A stretch of 64,000 bases of DNA, taken from the IMG/VR virus record IMGVR_UViG_3300003375_000024, one strand, 5' to 3'. Made by a program: the position numbers and the translations under genes. Shown piece after piece: positions 41,671 to 49,160 of this stretch (positions are counted from its first letter, which is position 1; every line of letters starts with the position of its first letter). The notes below the pieces were generated by a model. That model saw only the letters and a program-made list of their open reading frames with translations, made no database searches and had not been told where the DNA came from. The stretch is from an uncultured virus (IMG/VR IMGVR_UViG_3300003375_000024). Lineage: Duplodnaviria; Heunggongvirae; Uroviricota; Caudoviricetes.

Positions 41671-41862
41671 CTATGACCACCTCAAACTAAAAAGTATAGC
41701 ATCTGCTTCGTACTTGAAATGCCAACGAAATACACGATCTGTCTCATCATAATGACCTTGCCACTTCTTACCAATAGTACCAAAATGTTCAGTACACCAG
41801 TCAACTATAGGCATAACATCAGAATCACTTGGTAAACGATCAATATCAATATCAACAATCAT
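41671..41862 (-). CDS. Paralog-array member
   Basis: WCTEHFG...FKYEADAILFSLRWS. Confidence 0.75.
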   Translation of the reverse strand: MIVDIDIDRLPSDSDVMPIVDWCTEHFGTIGKKWQGHYDETDRVFRWHFKYEADAILFSLRWS

Positions 41863-42116
41863 ATCCACCTCAAAGCAAAAAGTACAGCATCCTGCTCATG
41901 ATCAAATGAAAATTTATATACGGCATGGTCGCGTCCTCTGCCATCATATATACATTGCCATACACCATGTTGCCCAAAGGTTAGCCTTTCTACAATACTA
42001 AATCTTATTCCAAACTGTTCTTGACACCATTTACACATACTTTCAATATCAACATTGGATTTGGATTGTATTAAAACTTCATGTGTCAATCTGGGTTTTA
42101 GGTCAATTGTAATCAT
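41859..42116 (-). CDS. Paralog-array member
   Basis: WCQEQFG...FDHEQDAVLFALRWI. Confidence 0.75.
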   Translation of the reverse strand: MITIDLKPRLTHEVLIQSKSNVDIESMCKWCQEQFGIRFSIVERLTFGQHGVWQCIYDGRGRDHAVYKFSFDHEQDAVLFALRWI

Positions 42117-42343
42117 TATATTTTTAAGATATCAAAAAATTCAGCGTATTGTGTCTCTGGTTCATCAATAAAGCCAGTGTATACCCATACTCTGCGTACA
42201 TACACTCGCTTTAACCATACCCAGCGTTTGCCAATAGTACGATGCGGTAACAGAGCAAATGTCTTAACCCAATCGTGTTCAATTGCCACGACCTCTCCTA
42301 TACTAGGTATATTCGCCACTCTAAGTAAGCTAGGAACTATCAT
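42116..42343 (-). CDS. Hypothetical protein (non-member insert)
   Basis: W.KTFALLPHRTIGKRWVWLKRVY. Confidence 0.6.
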   Translation of the reverse strand: MIVPSLLRVANIPSIGEVVAIEHDWVKTFALLPHRTIGKRWVWLKRVYVRRVWVYTGFIDEPETQYAEFFDILKI

Positions 42344-42582
42344 GCCCATCTTAACGCAAACATAACAGCATCAGCCCGATTTTTAAATGAAAAGATCACA
42401 GGATTCCATCCATCATATCGCCACTGATTGGACTTTAAGTTTTCTCGGCACCATCGCACTCTTGGATCCATTTTCTCAGGATCATCTGTAATATATTTGC
42501 GCCATGTGGGCAATGCCAACTCAAGACGCATAGCCGGTAATCGCATTACGCATGGCCAACGATCTCGTTCTCGTAAACTCAT
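42340..42582 (-). CDS. Paralog-array member
   Basis: WCRENL...FKNRADAVMFALRWA. Confidence 0.75.
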   Translation of the reverse strand: MSLRERDRWPCVMRLPAMRLELALPTWRKYITDDPEKMDPRVRWCRENLKSNQWRYDGWNPVIFSFKNRADAVMFALRWA

Positions 42583-42756
42583 GCCCACCTCATGGCAAAC
42601 CACATGAGTTTCGCTTCATCAAGAATATAAAATCCTTCCATGGATTTGTAATCGTCCGACAGTCTTACTTCTATTCCCGCCTCTGTCGCCAAATAATGTA
42701 GGTGCGCATCTTTCATCGGCAACGGGTACAAGAGTCCATTTCTCTACACTTGTCAT
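42579..42756 (-). pseudogene. Paralog-array member, short or frameshifted
   Basis: The motif frame (42579-42716) ends GFYILDEAKLMWFAMRWA*; the coupled ATG at 42756 is in another frame. Confidence 0.45.
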
Positions 42757-43019
42757 TGTTTAACCCTTAGTAATAACATCATTAGCATTGATTCATCCCT
42801 AAGATAAATGTAGTATGGCGTAACCCCTGCTTTACTTCTAGAAGATCCATATGCGGCTCTCCAAGAGTTGCCAGTAGTAAATCTAGAACCACCATACATT
42901 TCCTGCATAGCCCGTTCATACGGCCCTACTCCGCGACTATATCCTTCATCCCACCTAAGTGCGTGAGTATACCCCTCGCGGTACATGCTAAATCTTCCGT
43001 TTAACTTAATTACTTTCAT
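42753..43019 (-). CDS. MKIIKxD-subfamily member
   Basis: MKVIKLNGRF...YIYLRDESMLMMLLLR. Confidence 0.7.
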   Translation of the reverse strand: MKVIKLNGRFSMYREGYTHALRWDEGYSRGVGPYERAMQEMYGGSRFTTGNSWRAAYGSSRSKAGVTPYYIYLRDESMLMMLLLRVKQ

Positions 43020-43404
43020 GATTAATTTTAAGTAATAACATGGTTAACATTGATTCCGACTTAACGTAAATGAAATAGGGTTTAACCCTACTTCCTTTAA
43101 CTACATTCCCAAATCCCATATGCCATGAATTACCCTTGGCATACCACTCGTCACCGTACATTATACGCATAGCAGCCTCATATGGATTTACCTCTCTCGG
43201 TTCATAATTCCGCCATCTCATAGCATGAGTATAGCCTTCTTTGTACATATTAAATCTTTTATCTAGCTTGATTATTTTCATTTTGTTCATAGTATTACGG
43301 ATTACATAAAGTTTAGGGGATGGTTGTCTTTGTAGTATCTTGAATATGACTTCACTATCTTTCACTATTTGTTTTATTAAATGTGCTTGGCGATCTTCCA
43401 TCAT
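43006..43404 (-). CDS. MKIIKxD-subfamily member (possible internal start at 43281)
   Basis: MKIIKLDKRF...FIYVKSESMLTMLLLK. Confidence 0.7.
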   Translation of the reverse strand: MMEDRQAHLIKQIVKDSEVIFKILQRQPSPKLYVIRNTMNKMKIIKLDKRFNMYKEGYTHAMRWRNYEPREVNPYEAAMRIMYGDEWYAKGNSWHMGFGNVVKGSRVKPYFIYVKSESMLTMLLLKINHESN

Positions 43405-43598
43405 GACCACCTCAATAGGTAAAATGTTAAATCCTGTTCGTCACCAAAGCATATTAGATCGTTCAATCGCCACCAACGAGCACCTTTTAACCAAGCATTG
43501 CCCCACTCCATGGCTGTGGCTGGACCAAATTGTTCTTCGCACCATTCAAGGCGATCCCTCCACCCACGATCTTTGGGTAATTTTACTGTATACATCAT
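43401..43598 (-). CDS. Paralog-array member
   Basis: WCEEQFGP...FGDEQDLTFYLLRWS. Confidence 0.75.
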   Translation of the reverse strand: MMYTVKLPKDRGWRDRLEWCEEQFGPATAMEWGNAWLKGARWWRLNDLICFGDEQDLTFYLLRWS

Positions 43599-43990
43599 GT
43601 CCATCTTAAAGTAATCATTATAGCATCTTCATCCGAATTTGTCGCTACGAATACACGATCTTCTCCGCCTATTCCGGTTAGATGCCACCGATTATCCCAT
43701 TGACTACGCACGACTCTTTCTAACCGCCAGACACAATTTTCACCTAGCGGACGTTGTGGCCAGAAGTATTGTTTAGCATCAGGATGTGGTACCCAGTCTA
43801 ATCCGGCATCCCACAAAAATCTGTTAGGATCTACTTCAATAACATGCTTAAAGTTCTCAAACATATTAGTAATGTTATATGCCCTCCAGTTGACATTGGT
43901 ATTGTACCATGCCTCCCAATCACGCTCTGTTCGGCTCTTGCCAGTACGCCATGTTATCCAACGATCTTTAATATCATCAAGCAATTTCAT
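43595..43990 (-). CDS. Paralog-array member (long)
   Basis: NSDEDAIMITLRWT. Confidence 0.72.
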   Translation of the reverse strand: MKLLDDIKDRWITWRTGKSRTERDWEAWYNTNVNWRAYNITNMFENFKHVIEVDPNRFLWDAGLDWVPHPDAKQYFWPQRPLGENCVWRLERVVRSQWDNRWHLTGIGGEDRVFVATNSDEDAIMITLRWT

Positions 43991-44214
43991 CACGACCACC
44001 TCAACACAAACATAAGATACTCAGCTTTTGTATTAAAGTATATATACCTACACCCAAACCCTTTATTTGTCATATTCACTGAGAATTTACTGTTAAATGG
44101 TAGTAAAGCTAGATTTATTTCGTCAACAGTATCTATTGGGCCTAAATGTGCTTGTAAAAAATTATACCACCAACAGGGTATTTCTTCATTTGGTTTGAAT
44201 AATTTTATTCTCAT
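43990..44214 (-). CDS. Paralog-array member
   Basis: FNTKAEYLMFVLRWS. Confidence 0.75.
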   Translation of the reverse strand: MRIKLFKPNEEIPCWWYNFLQAHLGPIDTVDEINLALLPFNSKFSVNMTNKGFGCRYIYFNTKAEYLMFVLRWS

Positions 44215-44456
44215 TACGCCCATCTCAATAGGAAAAATGCGTAATCTTCCTCGTCTCTAAACTTAAACGAAGATCCTAAACAACACCACCTAGTCCATGC
44301 GTCAGGCGCACCTGGATAAGCACCCCATTTTGGAGCATCACCAAAGTGTTCTGTACACCATAAGATCATTTTTCTTAGTTTTTCTGATGATACAATATGA
44401 TTCGTCATATCAAATTTATACCAATCACGGACTAAGATATAGTTGTCAGTTTTCAT
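44214..44456 (-). CDS. Paralog-array member
   Basis: WCTEHFG...FRDEEDYAFFLLRWA. Confidence 0.75.
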   Translation of the reverse strand: MKTDNYILVRDWYKFDMTNHIVSSEKLRKMILWCTEHFGDAPKWGAYPGAPDAWTRWCCLGSSFKFRDEEDYAFFLLRWA

Positions 44457-44695
44457 CCACCGTACCTTAATGACATGATTATGGCATCTTGTTCCAGTTC
44501 AAATTCAGCCACTAACATTTTAGTATATACAAAAGTCTTAGAATCAAGTGTACTAAGATCTGATATATGGAACTTTCCTCTGCTAGGATACAATTGAAAA
44601 ATACGTTTAAGATCGTTCTCTTTATGTTTTGAATTTAAACTGACTTTATGCCAACATTTTTTTCTAATATCACTATTTTTATTCCAATATTTCAT
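44453..44695 (-). CDS. Paralog-array member
   Basis: FELEQDAIIMSLRYG. Confidence 0.72.
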   Translation of the reverse strand: MKYWNKNSDIRKKCWHKVSLNSKHKENDLKRIFQLYPSRGKFHISDLSTLDSKTFVYTKMLVAEFELEQDAIIMSLRYGG

Positions 44696-44723
44696 TACTT
44701 CCACCTTAATATAATTAATTTGC

Positions 44724-44936
44724 CTATTTGCTTAAAATTCTAAAGATTTTGTGGTAACTATTATTGCATTGTGCTAATGCCCATTTTAATTGATCTCTTG
44801 GCATTTCGTCAACTATTAAATTAATATCCTTGGTAATATCTTTATGACTGTACATTCTTTTAAATACAAGATGATTGCCTTCATCCAAAAATCCCAAGAT
44901 TCTCTTAATTTCTGCTCGTAGTTGTTTATGATTCAT
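44724..44936 (-). CDS. Hypothetical protein (non-member insert)
   Basis: FKRMYSH...V..M....LKWALAQC. Confidence 0.6.
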   Translation of the reverse strand: MNHKQLRAEIKRILGFLDEGNHLVFKRMYSHKDITKDINLIVDEMPRDQLKWALAQCNNSYHKIFRILSK

Positions 44937-45115
44937 GCCCATCTCAATGAAAACATCACAGCATCTCGCTTAAAACGAAAGCGCCATGTGTCGTTAATAC
45001 GACCCCATGATATACCATAGTCACCTATGTTTTCCCTACACCATGGCCCTATTATTGTCCAATGATCATAGATAGGTTGAGCTTTAATTTTATAACGAAA
45101 ATTACTTACAGGCAT
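44933..45115 (-). CDS. Paralog-array member
   Basis: WCRENIG...FRFKRDAVMFSLRWA. Confidence 0.75.
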   Translation of the reverse strand: MPVSNFRYKIKAQPIYDHWTIIGPWCRENIGDYGISWGRINDTWRFRFKRDAVMFSLRWA

Positions 45116-45116
45116 T

Positions 45117-45401
45117 TTACACCGTATTTTGATGTTTTAACAATGCCATAGTATGGCTCGAAGTAAAAATATCCGTGACAGGATAAGGTTCAGTAATATC
45201 ATGCTGTTCAATCGTCCAGTTTTGAACATCAATATCGCCAGGATATTTTAACATCCTAGTCATAAATGATCGTATCTCTGAAATAGCCCTAAACTTTCTA
45301 GCATTATTGATGCTATGCCATGTTTCCCAGTCCTTGGGTGTACCGCCAAGATATCCTCCTCCTGTATGTGTTTTAATAATGTAATATGTGATTGTTGACA
45401 T
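45117..45401 (-). CDS. Hypothetical protein (paralog of 37629-37925)
   Basis: First gene after the promoter at 45429-45457. Confidence 0.6.
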   Translation of the reverse strand: MSTITYYIIKTHTGGGYLGGTPKDWETWHSINNARKFRAISEIRSFMTRMLKYPGDIDVQNWTIEQHDITEPYPVTDIFTSSHTMALLKHQNTV

Positions 45402-45428
45402 AAATGCGTTGTCCTATAGTAATAGTTA

Positions 45429-45457
45429 ATTGTAATAGGCAACGAATTAATTGTCAA
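45429..45457 (-). promoter_or_regulatory. Sigma70-type early promoter driving the W-subfamily block
   Basis: TTGACA-17 nt-TACAAT on the minus strand. Confidence 0.75.
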
Positions 45458-45687
45458 CTAAATTTTAATAGGAAGAATGTTTTATCCTCTTCACGCCGAA
45501 ATTTCAACCTTTCCAATGATTTAAATCCCCGATCTTTATGGTATATAGCACGATATTCATAAAGAAGTACTCGCCTAGCATAAGAATTAAATTCTAATTC
45601 TCCGAAAAGATCAGAATGCTGCCTAAGGAAATTCTTTACAGCAGGGCAAATATTGCCTCTTTTGTTATAAATGTATAGCGCATACAT
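45454..45687 (-). CDS. Paralog-array member (FS subfamily)
   Basis: FRREEDKTFFLLKFS. Confidence 0.75.
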   Translation of the reverse strand: MYALYIYNKRGNICPAVKNFLRQHSDLFGELEFNSYARRVLLYEYRAIYHKDRGFKSLERLKFRREEDKTFFLLKFS

Positions 45688-45688
45688 A

Positions 45689-45913
45689 TTAACTAAACCT
45701 CAATAAAAAGAATGCGGCATCAGCATCAGAGTTAAATTCAACGATATATTGCCATTTAAGTGTGTCAATAATATCCCGTTTAAGTAATTTAATATTAAAT
45801 GTCTCTTCAATACAAGTATAAAAAAATGCTTTATTACTCATTTGTTCAACTGTCATGCATGATGCGGCGGCATTATATATTACAAATCCCGATACAGTAC
45901 AAGTATAAGACAT
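45689..45913 (-). CDS. Paralog-array member (FS subfamily)
   Basis: FNSDADAAFFLLRFS. Confidence 0.75.
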   Translation of the reverse strand: MSYTCTVSGFVIYNAAASCMTVEQMSNKAFFYTCIEETFNIKLLKRDIIDTLKWQYIVEFNSDADAAFFLLRFS

Positions 45914-46116
45914 TAAGCAAACCTTAATAAAAACATTATAGCATCAGTCTCAGATTTAAAATCAATGACAAATCCCGGAGTGCTCATCGCATAGTCTATA
46001 CCAAATATATTATATGCTAATTGAAGCCGCTTAAAAGCTATGGGTAATTCTTCACCAGGCTTTAATAATGCCTTAGCAGCTATGCCATATGAACGATTAG
46101 TTACATTAACTTTCAT
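45913..46116 (-). CDS. Paralog-array member (FS subfamily)
   Basis: FKSETDAIMFLLRFA. Confidence 0.75.
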   Translation of the reverse strand: MKVNVTNRSYGIAAKALLKPGEELPIAFKRLQLAYNIFGIDYAMSTPGFVIDFKSETDAIMFLLRFA

Positions 46117-46310
46117 TGCGAAAACTTCAATAAAAAGAATGTAGCATCAGCATCAGAGAAAAATTCAAGAGTAAACCCATGAACGTGGTCATGTACACTG
46201 GTTATATTATAGGCAGCAAGGAATTCTGACTTACTAGGAGTACCATGCTCAGGGTCATTCAGTGATTCAATGCCTCGCATAAATGTCGCATTGGATACAT
46301 TAACTTTCAT
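46113..46310 (-). CDS. Paralog-array member (FS subfamily)
   Basis: FFSDADATFFLLKFSQ. Confidence 0.75.
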   Translation of the reverse strand: MKVNVSNATFMRGIESLNDPEHGTPSKSEFLAAYNITSVHDHVHGFTLEFFSDADATFFLLKFSQ

Positions 46311-46603
46311 TACGAAAACCTCAATAAAAACATTGTAACAGCTGATTCTGATTTAAATCTGATTAAACTGTCATAAAATGCTCCATCATAGTTGAGTCTA
46401 AGCTCGTAATCAATGTAATCATGAACTGAAAGTACACCATCATTACTATTAACTAAATTAAATTTTCGTGTGCTAATAGTGTGATCAACGAATTTTGCCC
46501 AGGCAGCACCCATTCCAAACGGTATGTAGCCATTTTTACCAACTTGCACAACAACAGGATACAGGGTTTCATACAATTGATGGGATAACTTATTATTAAT
46601 CAT
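46310..46603 (-). CDS. Paralog-array member (FS subfamily)
   Basis: FKSESAVTMFLLRFS. Confidence 0.75.
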   Translation of the reverse strand: MINNKLSHQLYETLYPVVVQVGKNGYIPFGMGAAWAKFVDHTISTRKFNLVNSNDGVLSVHDYIDYELRLNYDGAFYDSLIRFKSESAVTMFLLRFS

Positions 46604-46604
46604 T

Positions 46605-46844
46605 TCAAGAAAACCTCAATACAAACATTAATAAATCAGCCTCAGACTTAAATCTAAGTCCACAGAAAGTCCTAACAGCATTATATTCGGTATCCAGTAT
46701 ATGGTCAAGCTCTGCCACTGGAGTGTGTGGTTTGTATTCTAAATTATCAAGAAAATTACTCCAACACCGTTGAATCTGCTGCACCTGTTGCTGAGGAATA
46801 GAATATGGATAATCCACAAATAACTTTAAGGAGATATCTTTCAT
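46605..46844 (-). CDS. Paralog-array member (FS subfamily)
   Basis: FKSEADLLMFVLRFS. Confidence 0.75.
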   Translation of the reverse strand: MKDISLKLFVDYPYSIPQQQVQQIQRCWSNFLDNLEYKPHTPVAELDHILDTEYNAVRTFCGLRFKSEADLLMFVLRFS

Positions 46845-46845
46845 A

Positions 46846-47103
46846 TTAAGAGTATTTTAATAAAAACATTATTCTATCACGCTCAGACTCAAACATTAAA
46901 TTCAGGTTTTCACGTTTATAGTCAAAATCCTTGGCATGTACATCGGGATATGTGGCATTATATTTCTTTTTTAATGCCCTCCGAACATATGATCCATTAG
47001 AATACATTCCGTTACCCGTACGATCACGGTGTCGTTTAATAAAGTTGAGAACATAGGACTTCATCAAGTGGTTTTCTTCATAAATGGGTAATTTATACTC
47101 CAT
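46846..47103 (-). CDS. Paralog-array member (FS subfamily)
   Basis: FESERDRIMFLLKYS. Confidence 0.75.
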   Translation of the reverse strand: MEYKLPIYEENHLMKSYVLNFIKRHRDRTGNGMYSNGSYVRRALKKKYNATYPDVHAKDFDYKRENLNLMFESERDRIMFLLKYS

Positions 47104-47105
47104 AA

Positions 47106-47327
47106 TTAAGCAAATTTTAATAAAAATAATGTTCGTTCAGCCTCAGTGTTAAATAATATTTGTGAATTATCCAAATCAAAAACTGCATTAAATAATTGTA
47201 ATTCAGCTCCTAAATATTTACGGTTATTACCACGTTTTTCATCAGTAACATAATTCATGAAATTGTGCCAGACAGTGGAACCTTTGTTAACTGAATCTTC
47301 TATGGATAATGGATAACAATATGTCAT
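47106..47327 (-). CDS. Paralog-array member (FS subfamily)
   Basis: FNTEAERTLFLLKFA. Confidence 0.75.
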   Translation of the reverse strand: MTYCYPLSIEDSVNKGSTVWHNFMNYVTDEKRGNNRKYLGAELQLFNAVFDLDNSQILFNTEAERTLFLLKFA

Positions 47328-47329
47328 AA

Positions 47330-47575
47330 TTAACTAAACCTCAATAAAAATAAAGTTCTATCAGCAGAAGTTTTAAAGGATATAGTATTGTATCCTTCAT
47401 CATTACAAGCGTTCCATAAGAATAATTCCCTGTAAAAAGTATCGGAATTATTCTCGTCACTATTATACTTGGTCCTAACATAAGCTACAAAATTATACCA
47501 TATAGAAGAACTATGACTGCCTGTAGCAGAATTAAATCGCTTTTCAATAACAGTTAGCGGATAAGCATATTTCAT
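47330..47575 (-). CDS. Paralog-array member (FS subfamily)
   Basis: FKTSADRTLFLLRFS. Confidence 0.75.
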   Translation of the reverse strand: MKYAYPLTVIEKRFNSATGSHSSSIWYNFVAYVRTKYNSDENNSDTFYRELFLWNACNDEGYNTISFKTSADRTLFLLRFS

Positions 47576-47576
47576 A

Positions 47577-47657
47577 CTACGAAAACTTAATCAAAAAGAA
47601 AGTTAAATCCGCTTTCTCTGGACCGAGCTTTTTAATAACATAATAAGTGTCACTCAT
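47577..47657 (-). CDS. Minimal 26-aa array member (little more than the motif)
   Basis: MSDTYYVIKKLGPEKADLTFFLIKFS*. Confidence 0.55.
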   Translation of the reverse strand: MSDTYYVIKKLGPEKADLTFFLIKFS

Positions 47658-47991
47658 GCGACGATTGATCCTTTAAACGATCTAACGTTGAATTCATCTC
47701 GGAAATATAACTATTGTACTGTATACGAATAATACAGTATACAAAATGTAATACATTACAGTAAAGCAAAATATCCCATGGCAAAGCACCCGTATAATTA
47801 CCATCTGCGTCTTTTACCATGAAAATACATGCAAATATAATAATCACACCGGTTGACATTAAGTGTAGGAATACGTTTCCATGAGCATCTTTCATAGACT
47901 CATTATGAAATTTTAATGGTAAATGAAATAAATTACCAAACCATTTATTGGCTAACCATGATAGGAATGAAAGAATACGTTTAACAGACAT
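47650..47991 (-). CDS. Hypothetical membrane protein
   Basis: Two hydrophobic segments; architecture like 15987-16556. Confidence 0.6.
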   Translation of the reverse strand: MSVKRILSFLSWLANKWFGNLFHLPLKFHNESMKDAHGNVFLHLMSTGVIIIFACIFMVKDADGNYTGALPWDILLYCNVLHFVYCIIRIQYNSYISEMNSTLDRLKDQSSHE

Positions 47992-48027
47992 AGGAATATT
48001 CCGTATAAGAAATTAAGTTATAAGAGT

Positions 48028-48056
48028 ATTGTAATAGAGATAGAGTTAATTGTCAA
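48028..48056 (-). promoter_or_regulatory. Sigma70-type early promoter heading the FS-subfamily block
   Basis: TTGACA-17 nt-TACAAT on the minus strand. Confidence 0.75.
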
Positions 48057-48129
48057 TAACAACACTTTTAGACACAATAAGACACTTTATGACATTAATT
48101 CAGGAATAATTAACTGTTATAGCACATAG

Positions 48130-48334
48130 AGAAAAAACGAGTGAAAACAGCCTCCTGTGCGTGTCGTACCACGTTTTATTGTGCTATACCACGTTCCACC
48201 GTGCTCCACAACGCTACCGCAGTAACAACCGATAGGTTATCGCTTTCCTGCCAACCTGCCTGGCTGGTTATAGGCTATGGTGGAGTATGGTGGAGTATGG
48301 TGGACTAAGGTGAAGTTTCTACTCCATGGTATAG
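48130..48334 (-). ncRNA. Candidate structured non-coding RNA
   Basis: Own promoter (48339-48367), no ORF, nested complementary segments. Confidence 0.4.
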
Positions 48335-48421
48335 ACTTATTGTAATCCACGGTGATTTAACTGTCAATGTTGTGTTTTTACAACTGTTGTGGGCTTACAA
48401 CAGTGTTGTTTTTACGCACCT

Positions 48422-48537
48422 AACTTTCTACTCCACAGGAATGACTTTTTTATGGTGGCATTGTCCTAACGCTTCCGGATGTGATTCTATTAGGATGATT
48501 AAAAAGTTCAACTTTCTACTCCACAGGAATGACTTTT
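48422..48537. repeat. 28-bp direct repeat (2 copies)
   Basis: aactttctactccacaggaatgactttt at 48422 and 48510; partial third copy tttctactcca at 48316. Confidence 0.85.
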
Positions 48538-48607
48538 ATTATAGAGAAAGCCTGTAAAACAGCATTTAAACTGTGGCACAGGCTGTTGTATTACTGCAAC
48601 AAATGTG

Positions 48608-48907
48608 TTATTCGTATATGTATGTAACAACGATGTTATTGGCTACTGCATAGGCATTGCGTGTATCAGCTAATGGAGTGGCTAATCTAAGTGCTTGCCA
48701 TGCTCTATAGTTTTCGACAGTATCAAATACGGCTACCATATGGCTGACATCTTCACTAGGATTAACTATAGTAACGCTGATATACCCAGGTTGCGTAGCA
48801 TTCCAAGCTAGCTCTGCGTTTAGTTGTGCGCGATTTTCTGGGCTGACATTTGGCCACCATGCTACTCCAGCTGGTTTAGTTGCTACTGTTGTGATTGTAA
48901 CTGACAT
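48608..48907 (-). CDS. Hypothetical protein
   Basis: 99-aa ORF with AGGAG RBS and TAAATA upstream. Confidence 0.6.
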   Translation of the reverse strand: MSVTITTVATKPAGVAWWPNVSPENRAQLNAELAWNATQPGYISVTIVNPSEDVSHMVAVFDTVENYRAWQALRLATPLADTRNAYAVANNIVVTYIYE

Positions 48908-48964
48908 AATAAAACTCCTGATATATCTTTATTTAGTTATTTTCAGTTATAGGATGAGGTTATA

Positions 48965-49160
48965 GAATTTCGGATTGAGGTTGAAATATTGATATTTCGA
49001 TATTAGGTTGAAATCCTAGAATTTCGATTTGAGGTTGAAATATTGATATTTCGGTTTGAGGTTGAAATCCTAGAATTTCGATATTAGGTTGAAAATCTAG
49101 GATTTCGGTTTGAGGTTGAGATTTTTAATTTTCGGATGTGGATTTCGCGGCTAGGATTTC
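48965..49160. repeat. Six tandem 27-bp iteron-like repeats
   Basis: AGGTTGA at 48978, 49005, 49032, 49059, 49086 and 49113 (exact 27-bp period). Confidence 0.85.

Larger units (their letters stand above)
33844..47657 (-). repeat. Tandem array of about 38 small paralogous CDSs sharing a C-terminal F-x-x-E-x-D-A-x-x-F-x-L-[RK]-[WF] motif
   Basis: The motif is read directly in the ORF translations; many members also carry an internal W-C-x-E-x-F-G. A few unrelated genes interrupt the array. Confidence 0.9.

Noticed and set aside
33844..44942. Shared N-terminal MVV/MGM/MDM peptides in array ORFs
   Set aside because: They arise from GTG/ATG inside the upstream gene's R-W codons; the true starts overlap or follow the upstream stop.
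33844..47657. Diversity-generating retroelement or integron as the source of the paralog array
   Set aside because: There is no reverse transcriptase or integrase in the window, and I saw no TR/VR pair with adenine-specific differences and no attC-like sites.
48422..48537. 28-bp repeats as a mini-CRISPR (TTTCTACT resembles Cas12a repeats)
   Set aside because: Only two copies, a 60-nt spacer, and no GTAGA(T) complementary arm.
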